Assembly: GCA_965140785.1 (NCBI GenBank)
Contig: OZ223514.1
Location: 32,001-96,000, forward strand
Source of the DNA: an uncultured Ruficoccus sp.
Lineage (GTDB): Bacteria > Verrucomicrobiota > Verrucomicrobiia > Opitutales > Cerasicoccaceae
DNA length: 64,000 nucleotides
Direction of reading: 5' to 3'
Shown: positions 38,293 to 49,378 of the stretch, one piece after another
Layout: every line of letters starts with the position of its first letter
Numbering within the stretch: position 1 is the stretch's first letter
Translations under genes and position numbers: made by a program
Notes under the pieces: model-generated
What the model saw: the letters and a program-made list of their open reading frames with translations, nothing else
Told to the model about the DNA's origin: nothing
Database searches by the model: none

Positions 38293-38712
38293 CTAGAAAT
38301 GCCGCGTAATGCGGCTTTCGGGGACGGCGCCGACTTCGCGCCCGACGAGCTTGCCGTCCTTGAAGATGAGGAAGGTCGGGATGCCCTGCACCCCGTATTC
38401 GCGGGCGAGGCTGGGCTGGTCGTCCACATTCACGCGCATGACGTAAACGTCGTGCTTCTTCTCGATGTACTCGATGGTGGGCATCATGCTGCGACACGGG
38501 CCGCACCAAGGGGCCCAGAAATCCACCAGCACGAGCGGGTGGCTCTTGGCCACGCTGGCCAAGCTGCCGGTGGCGGCCGGGGCATTCGCAGTGGAGGTGT
38601 CGGCGGAGCTTGTGTTGCGGCTGCGTGTATTATCGGTGTCGTCTTTGCCCTTCGAGGGCAACAGAAAGAAAGCGACAATGAGGGCGAGAACGATGAGGGC
38701 GGCTGCTTTCAT
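38293..38712 (-). CDS. Thioredoxin with N-terminal signal/membrane anchor
   Basis: DFWAPWCGPC, GIPT. Hydrophobic N-terminus plus Ser/Thr linker. Confidence 0.9.
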   Translation of the reverse strand: MKAAALIVLALIVAFFLLPSKGKDDTDNTRSRNTSSADTSTANAPAATGSLASVAKSHPLVLVDFWAPWCGPCRSMMPTIEYIEKKHDVYVMRVNVDDQPSLAREYGVQGIPTFLIFKDGKLVGREVGAVPESRITRHF

Positions 38713-38832
38713 GGCGGGAACGGATAAGTAGAGGTTGAGTTTTTTATAGCCGTAGGCAGTCCGCTATTCAAGGCTGAATACGGGTGCGGGCTGTGGTGGG
38801 GGTCTGGCTGGCGACGGGAGAGAGGCGTGTAT

Positions 38833-38880
38833 AAAAAAAGCACGGTCCGGAAATGAATCCGTGGCCGTGCCATTTTTTTT
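38833..38880 (-). terminator. Intrinsic terminator of dps (A/T tracts on both sides)
   Basis: aaaaaaagcacggtc...ggccgtgccattttttt. Confidence 0.6.
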
Positions 38881-38900
38881 AAAGCTTGAGCAGCGAGGGC

Positions 38901-39368
38901 CTACTTGAGGAAGCTCTTGAGCATCCAGATGGTCTTTTCGTGGACCTGGATGCGAGCGATCATGAGGTCTTCGGTTTCGTTATCGTCGGCGTCGCCGGCG
39001 AGGTCGCGGGCCTTGGCCGCGTCCTTGACCAGCTTGGTGTGGTCTTCGAGAAGGCTGGCGACCATTTTATCGGCGCTGGTCTTTTCGTCCAGTTCGTTCA
39101 TCTTGGCGATGTCGGCCAGCGAACGCAGCCCGCCCGGAGAATAAGCGTCAAGGGCACGGATGCGCTCGGCGATTTCGTCGACGGCGGTGAAGAGCTCGGT
39201 GTATTGCTCTTCAAAGGCGGTGTGCAGCGCGAAGAAGCTGGAGCCTTCGACATTCCAGTGGCACAGGTGGGTCTGACCCATCAGCGCGTAGGTGTCGGCC
39301 AGGACGACACGCATACTCTCGACAACCTTCTTGTTTCCGGAAGAGGAATTAGTTTTTTTCTTAGCCAT
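38901..39368 (-). CDS. dps: Dps ferritin-like DNA protection protein
   Basis: HWNVEG..FFALH..FEEQY, DEIAERIRAL, HEKTIWML. Confidence 0.95.
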   Translation of the reverse strand: MAKKKTNSSSGNKKVVESMRVVLADTYALMGQTHLCHWNVEGSSFFALHTAFEEQYTELFTAVDEIAERIRALDAYSPGGLRSLADIAKMNELDEKTSADKMVASLLEDHTKLVKDAAKARDLAGDADDNETEDLMIARIQVHEKTIWMLKSFLK

Positions 39369-39624
39369 AGACGGTTAGTGTAGCAGGTTCTAAACCTATT
39401 TCAAGGTACAAGCCCTTATCCGGGTTGCATTTAGCTGGTGTAAAGAAAACTGATGAAGCGACCGAATTGTGCTTATGCAAAAAGGCCTTGAGTCGTCAGG
39501 GCTAACGGGTGAGAGGCTATCGCTGCGGCTGGCGGCATCCGCGTTATTCAGGGGTTCTTGAGCGGAAAACATTACGCCAAGACAAGTGCACCCTGCGAGC
39601 CAGGACGCGGGGCGTCCGGGCGGG

Positions 39625-40479
<855 letters not shown>

Positions 40480-40573
40480 CGGTGCGGAGTGTCGGTTACG
40501 TCTTGGGTATGGGACTTCCAATTAGTTCAAGTTATTCACAGGGTCAAAGTGCAAGTTGTGAATAACCTTGGAA

Positions 40574-40600
40574 TTAACCTCCTCGTGACGCGGCTGTAAC
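40574..40600 (-). promoter_or_regulatory. Pho-box-like 11-bp direct repeats
   Basis: Minus strand GTTAC-N6-GTCAC-N6-GTTAA upstream of the PlcP-like gene. Confidence 0.45.
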
Positions 40601-40607
40601 GTATTCG

Positions 40608-41762
40608 TTAAGTTGAGCTTAACACGGGCTGAGGATCGGCCTCCAGCGAGGTAGCCACGTCGATCTCGTACTGGGCCAGGATCGCCTCCCAGGAAAGTCC
40701 CCGGGCGGTGCGAACGGCGCTGGCGGCGATGACGGGCCAGAGGGGCGCGTCGGCGCAGAGCCGGTCCACGGCGGCGAGGTAGGCGTCCTCGTCGTTATAG
40801 GGAGCCTTGTAGCCGTTGACGCCGTCCTCGATATGGCGAAGGGCGGCGGCATAGTCATAAGCGAGTACGGCCAGTCCGCTGGCCATGGCCTCGGTCACGA
40901 CATTGCCAAAGGTCTCGGTCGTGCTGGCGAAAAAAAACAGGTCGGCGGAGGCGTAGTGTGCGGCCAGGTCCTTGCCCCGGCGCATGCCCGCGAAGATGAA
41001 CTCCGGGTGGAGGCGTTCGAGCTTTTTGCGCTCGGGGCCGTCGCCCACGATGAGCAGTTTGGCCTCGGGGCGCCGTTCGCGGAAGCGTAAAAAGGCCCGG
41101 ATGGTGAGCGGGATGTTTTTCTCGGCGGCCACGCGACCGACGTAGGCGACGACCGGCGCGCCCGGCTGCACGCCCCAGCTGGTGCGCAGGTCTTCGCTGC
41201 GGCGGTGCGGGCCGAAGAGCTCCGTATCCACGCCGCGGCTGAAGATTTTGACGTTGGCAAAGCCGGCCTGCTCCAGCGTCTGCTGCACATCCTCGGAAGG
41301 GACGAAAGTGGCGCGGGTGCGATTGTGGAACCAGCGGAAGAAGCCCATCAGCGGCTTCTGGAACCACCCGTAGCCGTAGTGCTCGCCGTAGGAGTGGAAA
41401 TTCGTGTGGTAGCTGGAAACGGCGGGGATGCCGAGCTGCCGCGAGGCGCGCAGGGCAGCTACTCCGAGCGGGCCCTCGGTGGCGATGTGGACGAGGTCGG
41501 GTCGCTGCTGCGCCCAGAGGCGCTTGAGCTGGCCAGTGCACAGGCCGCCGAACTGAAGGCCCGCGTAGCCGGGGATCGGATAGCCGCGCACGAAGTCCTC
41601 GGGGAACGCGTGCAACGGACCGTCGCGGTCGGCCTTCTGCCGGGGGCGTACGACGGTGACGTCGTGTCCACGCCCGATCATGCCAGTGACGAGGCGGTGC
41701 AGCGTCATGGCGACGCCGTTGACTTCGGGCGGAAAGGTCTCGGTGACGAGGGCGATTTTCAC
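40608..41762 (-). CDS. GT4 glycosyltransferase (Agt/MgtA-like)
   Basis: VTETFPPEVNGVA.TL, HIATEGPLG, SYHTNF, RGVD, YVGR...EKN, ETFGNVVTEAMASG. Confidence 0.9.
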   Translation of the reverse strand: MKIALVTETFPPEVNGVAMTLHRLVTGMIGRGHDVTVVRPRQKADRDGPLHAFPEDFVRGYPIPGYAGLQFGGLCTGQLKRLWAQQRPDLVHIATEGPLGVAALRASRQLGIPAVSSYHTNFHSYGEHYGYGWFQKPLMGFFRWFHNRTRATFVPSEDVQQTLEQAGFANVKIFSRGVDTELFGPHRRSEDLRTSWGVQPGAPVVAYVGRVAAEKNIPLTIRAFLRFRERRPEAKLLIVGDGPERKKLERLHPEFIFAGMRRGKDLAAHYASADLFFFASTTETFGNVVTEAMASGLAVLAYDYAAALRHIEDGVNGYKAPYNDEDAYLAAVDRLCADAPLWPVIAASAVRTARGLSWEAILAQYEIDVATSLEADPQPVLSST

Positions 41763-41894
41763 GCGTCGGATTCCTGGGTGTGTCGGGTTCCGGAGGGGAA
41801 CGGTTAAGAAAACCGCGGTAAAAGGCGGGAGTGGTTTCGGGTCGCGCCTCCGGGCATTCTGATCCGCATCAAAACGCCTTTGTTACAAACAGCA

Positions 41895-41922
41895 ATGGCG
41901 GGATTGTGACAATTCCGTTGCA
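41895..41922 (-). promoter_or_regulatory. Pho-box-like 11-bp direct repeats
   Basis: Minus strand TGCAAC-N5-TGTCAC-N5-CGCCAT upstream of the GT4 gene. Confidence 0.45.
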
Positions 41923-41947
41923 TGGGCACGCCGTGGCGAAGTTCTTT

Positions 41948-42009
41948 GGGGCTCTGCGCCCCCAAGCCCCGCAGCAGACGAAGTCTGCACTTCCGATGCT
42001 TCCGCATCG
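41948..42009 (+). repeat. Tri-hairpin dispersed repeat, copy F
   Basis: GGGGC-tctgc-GCCCC ... GCAGAC-gaa-GTCTGC actt cCGATGC-ttcc-GCATCG. Near-identical to the reverse complement of 54584-54643. Confidence 0.8.
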
Positions 42010-42124
42010 CGTCTGGGCCAGAGAGCATACAGGCTGAGTCGCACGAAAACTGACAAAAAGAGCCCGGTCTCGCTCATCCCTGCTAAATATATCTTTGCGC
42101 CGCTGCGTCTTTGCGGCGAAAAAA

Positions 42125-43036
42125 ATGACCGTGGACGATCCCCGCACGCTGACCATCCTGACCGGCCCGACCGCCGTGGGCAAAACCGCCCGGGCGATCC
42201 ATTGGGCGCGGGCGCACGGGGCGGAGATCGTTTCGTGCGACTCGACGCTCTTCTATCGGGGGATGGACATCGCCACGGCCAAGCCCACGCCGGACGAACT
42301 CGCGCAGGTGCCCCATCACCTGATCGACGTGACGCCGGTCAGCCAGCAACTCTCCGTCGTCGATTATCTGGAGCTGGCCCGCCGGGCGGTGGCGGATATC
42401 CACGCCCGGGGCCGACGTGTGCTCGTGGTGGGCGGCAGCGGTTTTTACCTAAAAGGTTTCCTTGCCGCGGTGACGGATGACATCCCGGTTCCGGACGCGG
42501 TCCGCGCCGAAGTCGCCGCGCTCGAAGCCGAGGCCGGGCTGCCGGGACTGCTCGAACGCCTGCGTGCGGCCAGCCCGGCGGGGACGGGGCGGCTCGATGT
42601 GCAGAACCCGCGCCGGGTCGCCCGGGCGCTGGAGCGCTGCCTGGCCGCCGGGCAATCCCTGCCGGAGTTGGAGCGGGCCTTCGCCGAAAAGCCGGGCGTC
42701 TTCGACACCTTTCCCAAACACGTGATCCTGCTTCAGCGCTCAGGGGAGAGCCTGCACGCCCGGATCGAGGAGCGCACCCGGCAGATGCTGGCCGCCGGCC
42801 TGATCGCGGAAGTCGAGCGCCTGCGGGAAGAGGGGCTGGAAGAAAACCCCAGCGCCGCCGGAGCCATCGGTACGCGCGAGGTCTTGCAACTGCTGCGGGG
42901 CGAACTCCCCCGCGCCGACCTCGAAGCGGCCATTAATCAGGCCACCCGCCGCCTCGTGGCCAAGCAACGAAAGTGGTTCCGCCATCAACTGAGCCCGGAT
43001 CGTGTGATCGACCTGGACGCCAGTGAAGCGATTTAG
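42125..43036 (+). CDS. miaA: tRNA dimethylallyltransferase
   Basis: GPTAVGKT, DS...YRGMDIATAKP, PHHLID, GGSGFY, AKQRKWF. Confidence 0.96.
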   Translation: MTVDDPRTLTILTGPTAVGKTARAIHWARAHGAEIVSCDSTLFYRGMDIATAKPTPDELAQVPHHLIDVTPVSQQLSVVDYLELARRAVADIHARGRRVLVVGGSGFYLKGFLAAVTDDIPVPDAVRAEVAALEAEAGLPGLLERLRAASPAGTGRLDVQNPRRVARALERCLAAGQSLPELERAFAEKPGVFDTFPKHVILLQRSGESLHARIEERTRQMLAAGLIAEVERLREEGLEENPSAAGAIGTREVLQLLRGELPRADLEAAINQATRRLVAKQRKWFRHQLSPDRVIDLDASEAI

Positions 43037-43324
43037 GAATAGGTGACGAAGGCCACGAAGCAGTAACGAGACGGGTCTTCAAGGAGGCTTTTAACCGTGC
43101 AAACCACCTGATAGCCAAGGGGCGAAACAAACGTTTTTCTTTACCGCGGGCACGAGGAAATCAAAACCTGCACTTGCGTGGGCGGGGCAAGCATTAGATA
43201 CTGGTCATGATTCTGGCCTACACGCATTCAGTGTTCTAATGATACCGGATCGACATGCAACCCACGCCTCCGGCGCTTCTAGCGCCGGTGCGTAATGTTC
43301 CGGGCCGGAACCGGGAGCTCGATA

Positions 43325-45208
43325 ATGTCCTTTTTCAATCGGAAACCGAAAGGCGGGCCGGCGGGGCCGCAGGCGGAGTTTCTCAATCTGAGTTACAGTA
43401 ATCACAAGGTGCTGTACAGCTACCTGCGCTTCTACGCGGAGCACCGCTGGAAACTGGCCGGGGCTCTGGTTTTAAACCTGATCAAGTCCAGCCCGACATG
43501 GGTTACGCCCATCATTACGGCGAATATCCTGAACCTGCTCGACCCCAAGCACATGGTGGGCGGCTCCTATGCGCCGGGCCTGATGCCCCTGCTGGCGTTC
43601 CAGGCGATGATCGGCGCGATCATAATCCTGCAGAACATCCCGACCCACATCTGGTACGTGTGGGAGTTCAGCAAGGTCAACCGCAAGGTGGAGCGGGGGC
43701 TGCGCTCGAGCCTGTGCGAGCGTTTGCAGCACCTGTCGATCCCTTATCACCAGAACAGCCAGATGGGGGTGATGCAGACCAAGGTGCTGCGCGATGTCGA
43801 GAACGTGGAGATGCTGACCCGGATGCTCATCGACACCCTGCCGAACATCATCGTCACCTTCTGTGTGGCGCTCGCTGTCACCTCCATGCGCGCGCCGCAG
43901 TTCCTGCTCTTTTACCTCGTCACGATTCCGACGGCGGTGGTGGTTTACAAGTCCATCGGCAGCCACATGAAGCAGCGCAACCAGGACTTTCGCCACAGCA
44001 TCGAGGACATGTCCGGGCGCATCATCGAAATGCTGCGCCTGATCCCGGTCACGCGCGCCCACAATGTCGAAAGCACCGAGCTTGAGCGGGTCAACGTCAA
44101 GCTCGACGAGGTCAAGCACCGGGGGCTGCGTCTCGATGTGACCAACAGCATCTTCGGCTCGATCAACTGGGTCGTCTTCATGGCCTTCAACCTGCTCACG
44201 CTGGTGGTGGCCGTCTGGCTCAACCTCTCCGGCAGGATGAGTATCTCGGTCGGGAACATCGTCCTGATCACCACCTACTTCAACTCGATCACCGGCGCGG
44301 TCATGGGCCTGATGAACGTGGTGCCCGCCCTCGCCAAGGGGCTGGAGTCCGTCAAATCCATCGGGGAGATCCTTGAGTGCCCCGACATCGAGAAAAACGA
44401 GGATAAGCCGAAGCTGGACCGCGTCACCGGCCATTTCGAGTTCCAGAAGCTCTGCTTCAGCTACAACAATACCGACCGGGTGACGCTGCACGAGGTCGAG
44501 CTGGACGTGAAGCCCGGCGAAATGATCGCCCTGGTCGGTCCTTCCGGCTCCGGCAAGTCCACCCTCATGCAGCTGCTGATCGGCTTCATCCGCCCGACCG
44601 AGGGACGCATCCTGCTGGACGGACGGGACATGAATGAGATCGACCTGCGCAGCTACCGGCGCTACATCTCGGTGGTCAGCCAGGAGTCGATTCTGTTCGA
44701 CGGCACCATTGCCGATAACATCACTTACGGCGCCAAGGATCCGACCCCGGAGATGATCGAAAGTGCGATCAAAAGCGCCAACCTGCACGAGTTTATCAAG
44801 TCACTGCCGGAGGGCCTGGACACGCGGGTCAAGGAGAACGGCGCACGTCTCTCCGGCGGGCAGAAGCAGCGCATGGCCATAGCTCGAGCCCTGCTGCGCG
44901 ACCCGCGCGTGCTCCTGCTGGACGAGGCCACCAGCGCGCTCGATGTGGAGTCCGAGGCTCTTATCCAAGATGCCTTGAATCGTCTGATCAAGGGACGTAC
45001 GACCTTCATCGTGGCCCACCGTCTCTCCACCATCCGCCACGCTGACCGCATTGTCGTGCTCCACCATGGCAAAATCCGCGAAATCGGCTCTCACGACGAG
45101 TTGCTCAGCAAAAAGGGCATCTACTACCGCATGCACCGCCTCCAGAGCGAGCATACCTCCAGAGAGGAGGCAGTCTCCATCGGGCTGGATCTGGAGTCGG
45201 AGCCGTGA
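43325..45208 (+). CDS. ABC exporter, fused permease/ATPase
   Basis: TM domain, GPSGSGKST, LSGGQKQR, LLLDEATSALD, AHRLST. Confidence 0.93.
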   Translation: MSFFNRKPKGGPAGPQAEFLNLSYSNHKVLYSYLRFYAEHRWKLAGALVLNLIKSSPTWVTPIITANILNLLDPKHMVGGSYAPGLMPLLAFQAMIGAIIILQNIPTHIWYVWEFSKVNRKVERGLRSSLCERLQHLSIPYHQNSQMGVMQTKVLRDVENVEMLTRMLIDTLPNIIVTFCVALAVTSMRAPQFLLFYLVTIPTAVVVYKSIGSHMKQRNQDFRHSIEDMSGRIIEMLRLIPVTRAHNVESTELERVNVKLDEVKHRGLRLDVTNSIFGSINWVVFMAFNLLTLVVAVWLNLSGRMSISVGNIVLITTYFNSITGAVMGLMNVVPALAKGLESVKSIGEILECPDIEKNEDKPKLDRVTGHFEFQKLCFSYNNTDRVTLHEVELDVKPGEMIALVGPSGSGKSTLMQLLIGFIRPTEGRILLDGRDMNEIDLRSYRRYISVVSQESILFDGTIADNITYGAKDPTPEMIESAIKSANLHEFIKSLPEGLDTRVKENGARLSGGQKQRMAIARALLRDPRVLLLDEATSALDVESEALIQDALNRLIKGRTTFIVAHRLSTIRHADRIVVLHHGKIREIGSHDELLSKKGIYYRMHRLQSEHTSREEAVSIGLDLESEP

Positions 45209-45291
45209 CGCGGCGTTGGGCCGGGGACGCGCCGCCGCCACCGGCTCCGGCGGCAACGGCCGGGCGCTCAGGGTAGGTTGATCGAAGTGCC

Positions 45292-45834
45292 CTATTGTGC
45301 GGGGGGTGCTTTTTCGGCTGTCGTTTCCGCCTGGGCTGCTTCGAGCCTGGACTTCAGCGCGGGGTATTTCTCGGCGGCCTCTTCGATCTTCTGGCGCAGT
45401 TTTTGGGTCGTCGCCTGCATTTCAGATCCCCAGCCGCCCAGATAATTCTTATCTGAACTGTCGATGTAATAGCGTGCAATCCGGTCGATACAGAAAGTCT
45501 TAGCCTCCTCGTCTTTATTTTCCTCCAGAAACTTCAAAACAGCAAGCGACACGGTGGTCGTGAATATGGCGTCATTTTCATACTGTTTGCGGATGGACCG
45601 GTTCATCTTGGCGACATTGGCTGTAAACACAGCCGCCTGCTCAGGTGTGATTCCCTGACTGGCAATCGATTCGTAATACTCTTGCACCTCTTCGTCCGTC
45701 CAGCCGTAAAGGTTTTTTAGCTGGGAAACTTCGCCGGGCGGGTGGAGCCAGCGTTGCCAGCCCATCCCGGCGCGGAAGCTGATCGCCATGAGGGTGAGGG
45801 CGACAGCGATGAAGAGCAGGGTTTTCCGTTTCAT
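45292..45834 (-). CDS. Hypothetical membrane-anchored/secreted protein
   Basis: N-terminal hydrophobic segment. AT-richer than its flanks. Confidence 0.65.
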   Translation of the reverse strand: MKRKTLLFIAVALTLMAISFRAGMGWQRWLHPPGEVSQLKNLYGWTDEEVQEYYESIASQGITPEQAAVFTANVAKMNRSIRKQYENDAIFTTTVSLAVLKFLEENKDEEAKTFCIDRIARYYIDSSDKNYLGGWGSEMQATTQKLRQKIEEAAEKYPALKSRLEAAQAETTAEKAPPAQ

Positions 45835-45871
45835 CGTGGGGGGCTGCTTCTTTTACTGTCTAGGCTTACGC

Positions 45872-45934
45872 GGGGTAGCGGCCTTTGTGGACGCGAAGGG
45901 AGCGAAGCCCCTCAGTACCAGGGGGTGTAACCCG
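45872..45934 (-). repeat. Second stop-anchored tri-hairpin repeat, copy H (degenerate)
   Basis: After TAG: CGGGTTACACCCC...AGGGGCTTCGCTCCCT...AAAGGCCGCTACCCC. Aligns with 50382-50444. Confidence 0.7.
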
Positions 45935-47572
45935 CTAGAACTCTTCCGGGGTGGCCATCTTGTCGCCGACGGCGACGAGGTCGCGGATGATGCCCTGGGC
46001 GGTGGCACCGGAGTAGTAGTAGCCGAGGGTGCGCAGGGTTTCCTGCATGTCTTCCCGGGTGGCTTTGAGGTCAGGCTTTTGCTTTTGCTTGACGTAGAGG
46101 AAGACGGCGTCGGGGCCGAAGCGCAGCATGGGCGAGACTTCGCCCTGCTTCATGTCCATGAGCTGGTAAAAGTAGTACTGCGGCAGGCCCTCGGGCGGGT
46201 CCATGAGGGTGAACCCGTCGAAGCTCTTGGTCTCGAAGCCGTTCTTTTTGGCCACGGCGGTGAAGGAGCCGCTATTGTCCACGGCCTGCTGGAGCTGGTC
46301 GTGGATCTGAGTGCCGAACTCGGTGAAGGCGCGGTTGGTCTCGACGTTGGTGTAGTCGGCCACGACGCGGTCGCGGACGGTGTCGAGGGCGGGCATTTTG
46401 GCCGGGATCTGCTCGCCGCGGAAGAGTACGTAAGCGCCCTTGGGGCCGGGGATGGCGTCGCTGTAGAGGCGGCGGTCGGTCAGGGCCGCGGCGGCGGCCG
46501 TGGCCTGGGCTGGGAGCGGGAAGTCCTTCGGCGGGGACGCGGCGGTAAAGGCCGGGGTGGTCTGCACCTCGTAGCCCTTATCCTTGACGAAGGCGAGCAG
46601 GGCCTTCTCGTCGCCGGGCTGGATTTCCTTGGCCGTGTAGGCTTTGTAAATATCAACGGTGAGCTGGCTGGCGGCCTGGGCGGCCTTGTCTACGGCCTGG
46701 GGCTGTTGCCAGGCCTTGACGACAGTCTCGCGGATGTCTTCGAGGGGCTTGGCTGAGTCGTTGTCGCCTTTTTCCCACTTGGAGATGTTGCGGATGTAGT
46801 AGGCGTCAAGCTCGTCTTCGGTGGGGGCTGGCACCTCGCTGAGGTAGTCGGAGGCGTCGAAAAAGACGTAGTTGGCGGTCATCTGGGCGGGGAGCTTGTA
46901 GCGTTCGCCGGCCTGCTCGAAGAAGGTCTTGATGTCGTCCTCGGTCGGCTCGACCGTGGTCTTGAAGTTGGCCGCGCTCATGGTGGCGGTCTCGACGGAC
47001 CACTTGGTGCGGGTCTGCTCCTCCTGACGCTCGACCATGTAGGGCAGGACGTAGCCGGGGCCGGAGATGGCTTCGGCGGCCTGCTGGATGCGCCAGTCCT
47101 GCGAAATAATGCCCACGACCATTTCCTGGTCATAGCGGTTGGTGTTGGCGAGGTTATCGACGAAGGCGGTGTAGGCGTTGTTGCTGAAGGAGCCGGTCTG
47201 CGGGTCGGTGAAGGCCGGGAGGCTGCGGATGAGGCCGGCGAGCTGCTTCTCGGTGGGGGCCGGGACTTCCAGGGTGTCGGCGAGGTAGAGCATGACGGCA
47301 CGCTGCTTCATGGCGGCCTCGTAGTTGACCTGCTGAGGGTTGCGCCCGTTGAGGATGAAGCTCATCTCCACGCCGCGGGCGAGCTCCTGTTTGACCTGCT
47401 GGGAGGAGAGGTTGAATCCGAGGAAATTACGCGTGTACTCGGAGCGGTTGGGGTTGCCGATGCCGGGAACGGCCCCGATCGTGAACACAAAGGCGACGAT
47501 GATGACGATGAGCAGCGCGCCAAAGAGCCACTTGTGGTGCCGCTGAATGATGGTCTGAATCCAGGAGATCAT
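45935..47572 (-). CDS. PpiD/SurA-N-domain periplasmic chaperone
   Basis: MISWIQ...KWLF..LLIVIIVAFVF anchor, SurA-like helical domains, P.L..VRD.V motifs. Confidence 0.78.
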   Translation of the reverse strand: MISWIQTIIQRHHKWLFGALLIVIIVAFVFTIGAVPGIGNPNRSEYTRNFLGFNLSSQQVKQELARGVEMSFILNGRNPQQVNYEAAMKQRAVMLYLADTLEVPAPTEKQLAGLIRSLPAFTDPQTGSFSNNAYTAFVDNLANTNRYDQEMVVGIISQDWRIQQAAEAISGPGYVLPYMVERQEEQTRTKWSVETATMSAANFKTTVEPTEDDIKTFFEQAGERYKLPAQMTANYVFFDASDYLSEVPAPTEDELDAYYIRNISKWEKGDNDSAKPLEDIRETVVKAWQQPQAVDKAAQAASQLTVDIYKAYTAKEIQPGDEKALLAFVKDKGYEVQTTPAFTAASPPKDFPLPAQATAAAAALTDRRLYSDAIPGPKGAYVLFRGEQIPAKMPALDTVRDRVVADYTNVETNRAFTEFGTQIHDQLQQAVDNSGSFTAVAKKNGFETKSFDGFTLMDPPEGLPQYYFYQLMDMKQGEVSPMLRFGPDAVFLYVKQKQKPDLKATREDMQETLRTLGYYYSGATAQGIIRDLVAVGDKMATPEEF

Positions 47573-47674
47573 GATCGGTGATAGAGTAAAAAGTGATGGA
47601 AACGCGCCAGCGTGGCCGTCCGCCGCCCTCCTGTCAAGAGTTCCGGCACTCCTGCGCCTCGGCGTTAATCCCGC

Positions 47675-49208
47675 TCAGGCTGACGTGAAGAGTTCCTTGA
47701 GGCTCTTTTTGCCGGCATCGTTGGACTTGTAGTCCAGGAGGCGCTCCTCGTACTGGTTGAGGACGGGGTCGGAGTACTTGATCAGGCCCATACCCTCGTT
47801 GTTGCCGCGGGTTTCGAGGCTTTCCTTGAAGCTGGCCAGGGTGATGTGTTCCAGCGGGCGGGCCGGCAGGTAGCGGGAGGATTCCGCGTGCGTGTCCGAG
47901 TCGTTTTCGACCGGGCTGAGGTAGCCGATGTCCACCAGTTGCGAGAGGCACTCGTTGAGGATATTGGCCGGGACGCGGATCTTGTCCGCCAGGTCGTCCG
48001 CGCTGTAGGGCTTTTCGCACTTGTCGAAGCGCCGGGCGACCATCAGCAGGGCGACCAGGCTGAGAGTTTCGCGGGTGCGCAGGCTGACGTTTTCCCAGGC
48101 GCGTTGGTTGGTCAGGTTGTTGACATTCTGGATGGCGAAGGACAACTGCCCGCCCAGCAGCAGGATGACCCAGAACAGCCACAACCCGAAGAGGAAGATC
48201 GGCAGGATACTGACCACGCCCCAGAATGCTTCCCTGCCGGATGACGAAGCCCACGTAGAAAAAACTCAGCCATTTGCTGATGTTGAGCAGGAGCGTTACG
48301 ACCAGTGCGCCGAGAAAGGCCGGCATCCAGCGCACGTGGGTGTTCGGGATGAAACGGTTGAAGATCGCCACCAGCGTGACGATACTGATGAAGGTCCACA
48401 GCGGCGCCAGCCACAGGAACGAGTCTTTAAAAAGGTAGCCGAGCGGAATGTGGTCGAACTGCTGGGCAATTCGTCCGTAAATGCCGATACTTACCGAGGT
48501 GAAGCCCAGCAGCGTGCCCAGGCTGATCAGGGTCCAGTAGAAGACGATGCGCTGAAGGATCTTACGGCCCTGGCGCACGCCCCAGATCTGGTTAAACGTC
48601 TTCTCGATGGTGGAAAGGAGTTGCACGCTGAGCCAGATCAGTGTGAGCGAACCGACGATCCCGAGTGAGCCCGAGCGGGCGTTGCGCACGACCTCTTGGA
48701 GAAATTTGACGATATCCGGGGACACGGAAGCCTTTTCTTTTTCCCCATTCTCTTTTTCCACCACGACTTCGCCTTCTTGGGCATCCGGCTGGTTGTCGTG
48801 GTCGGCGTCGTACTGGTCGAGCTCCATGAAGGAGGCCTGCTCGGCGGGCGGAGCCACGAAGTAAATAAGCTTGGTCAGGTTCTCGACAATGAGATCCTCG
48901 GCGTTGTCGCCTTTGAGCACAAAGCCCGAGACCATGATGACAATGGCCAGCAGGGGGCCGATGGCGATCAGGGTGTAGTAGCTGAGGGCACCGGCCTGGC
49001 TGGGGATGAGGTTGCGTAGGATGCCCTCCCACGTGATGGAGAGCACCCGCAGCAGGGCGAAGCCCGAGCCGCGCAGGCTTTTTTCGTGCACCTTGTCGGT
49101 TTCCCAGATCTCGTTGCCGATGAGGTGGGGCAGGGAGACGACCCAGTCCTTCACTTGGGTGAAAGCGCGGGCGAAGCGGGACGGTTGCTTGTCCTGATCG
49201 GATGGCAT
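47675..49208 (-). CDS. YihY/BrkB-family membrane protein with C-terminal winged-helix-like region (apparent frameshift ~48220)
   Basis: AGALSYYTL.AIGP, IEKTFNQIWGV. Continues in another frame as LPIFLFGLWLFWVILLLGGQ, then YLPARP. Confidence 0.85.
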
Positions 49209-49211
49209 AGG

Positions 49212-49378
49212 CTAGGCTGTGTCTTCAAATTACGGAACGAGTCCGCGAAGGTTGGTTTTGAGAACGTATTTTGGCTTTCGAGGTGAGGCAAATCCAGATT
49301 TGTCGAGCCGAGGAAATGAAATACGGGCCAAAATCCGACCGAGGGGGCGACTTGAGATAATTTGAAGACGCAGCCTAG
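49212..49378. mobile_element. MITE, copy 2 (opposite orientation to copy 1)
   Basis: TIR ctaggctgtgtcttcaaatta...taatttgaagacgcagcctag. Core ggctttcgaggtgaggcaaatccagatttgtcgagccgagg is the near-reverse-complement of copy 1's core. Confidence 0.85.

Noticed and set aside
43125..43141. LacI-type operator-like palindrome (AAACGTTT) upstream of the ABC exporter
   Set aside because: Only an 8-bp core and no regulator nearby, too weak to call.
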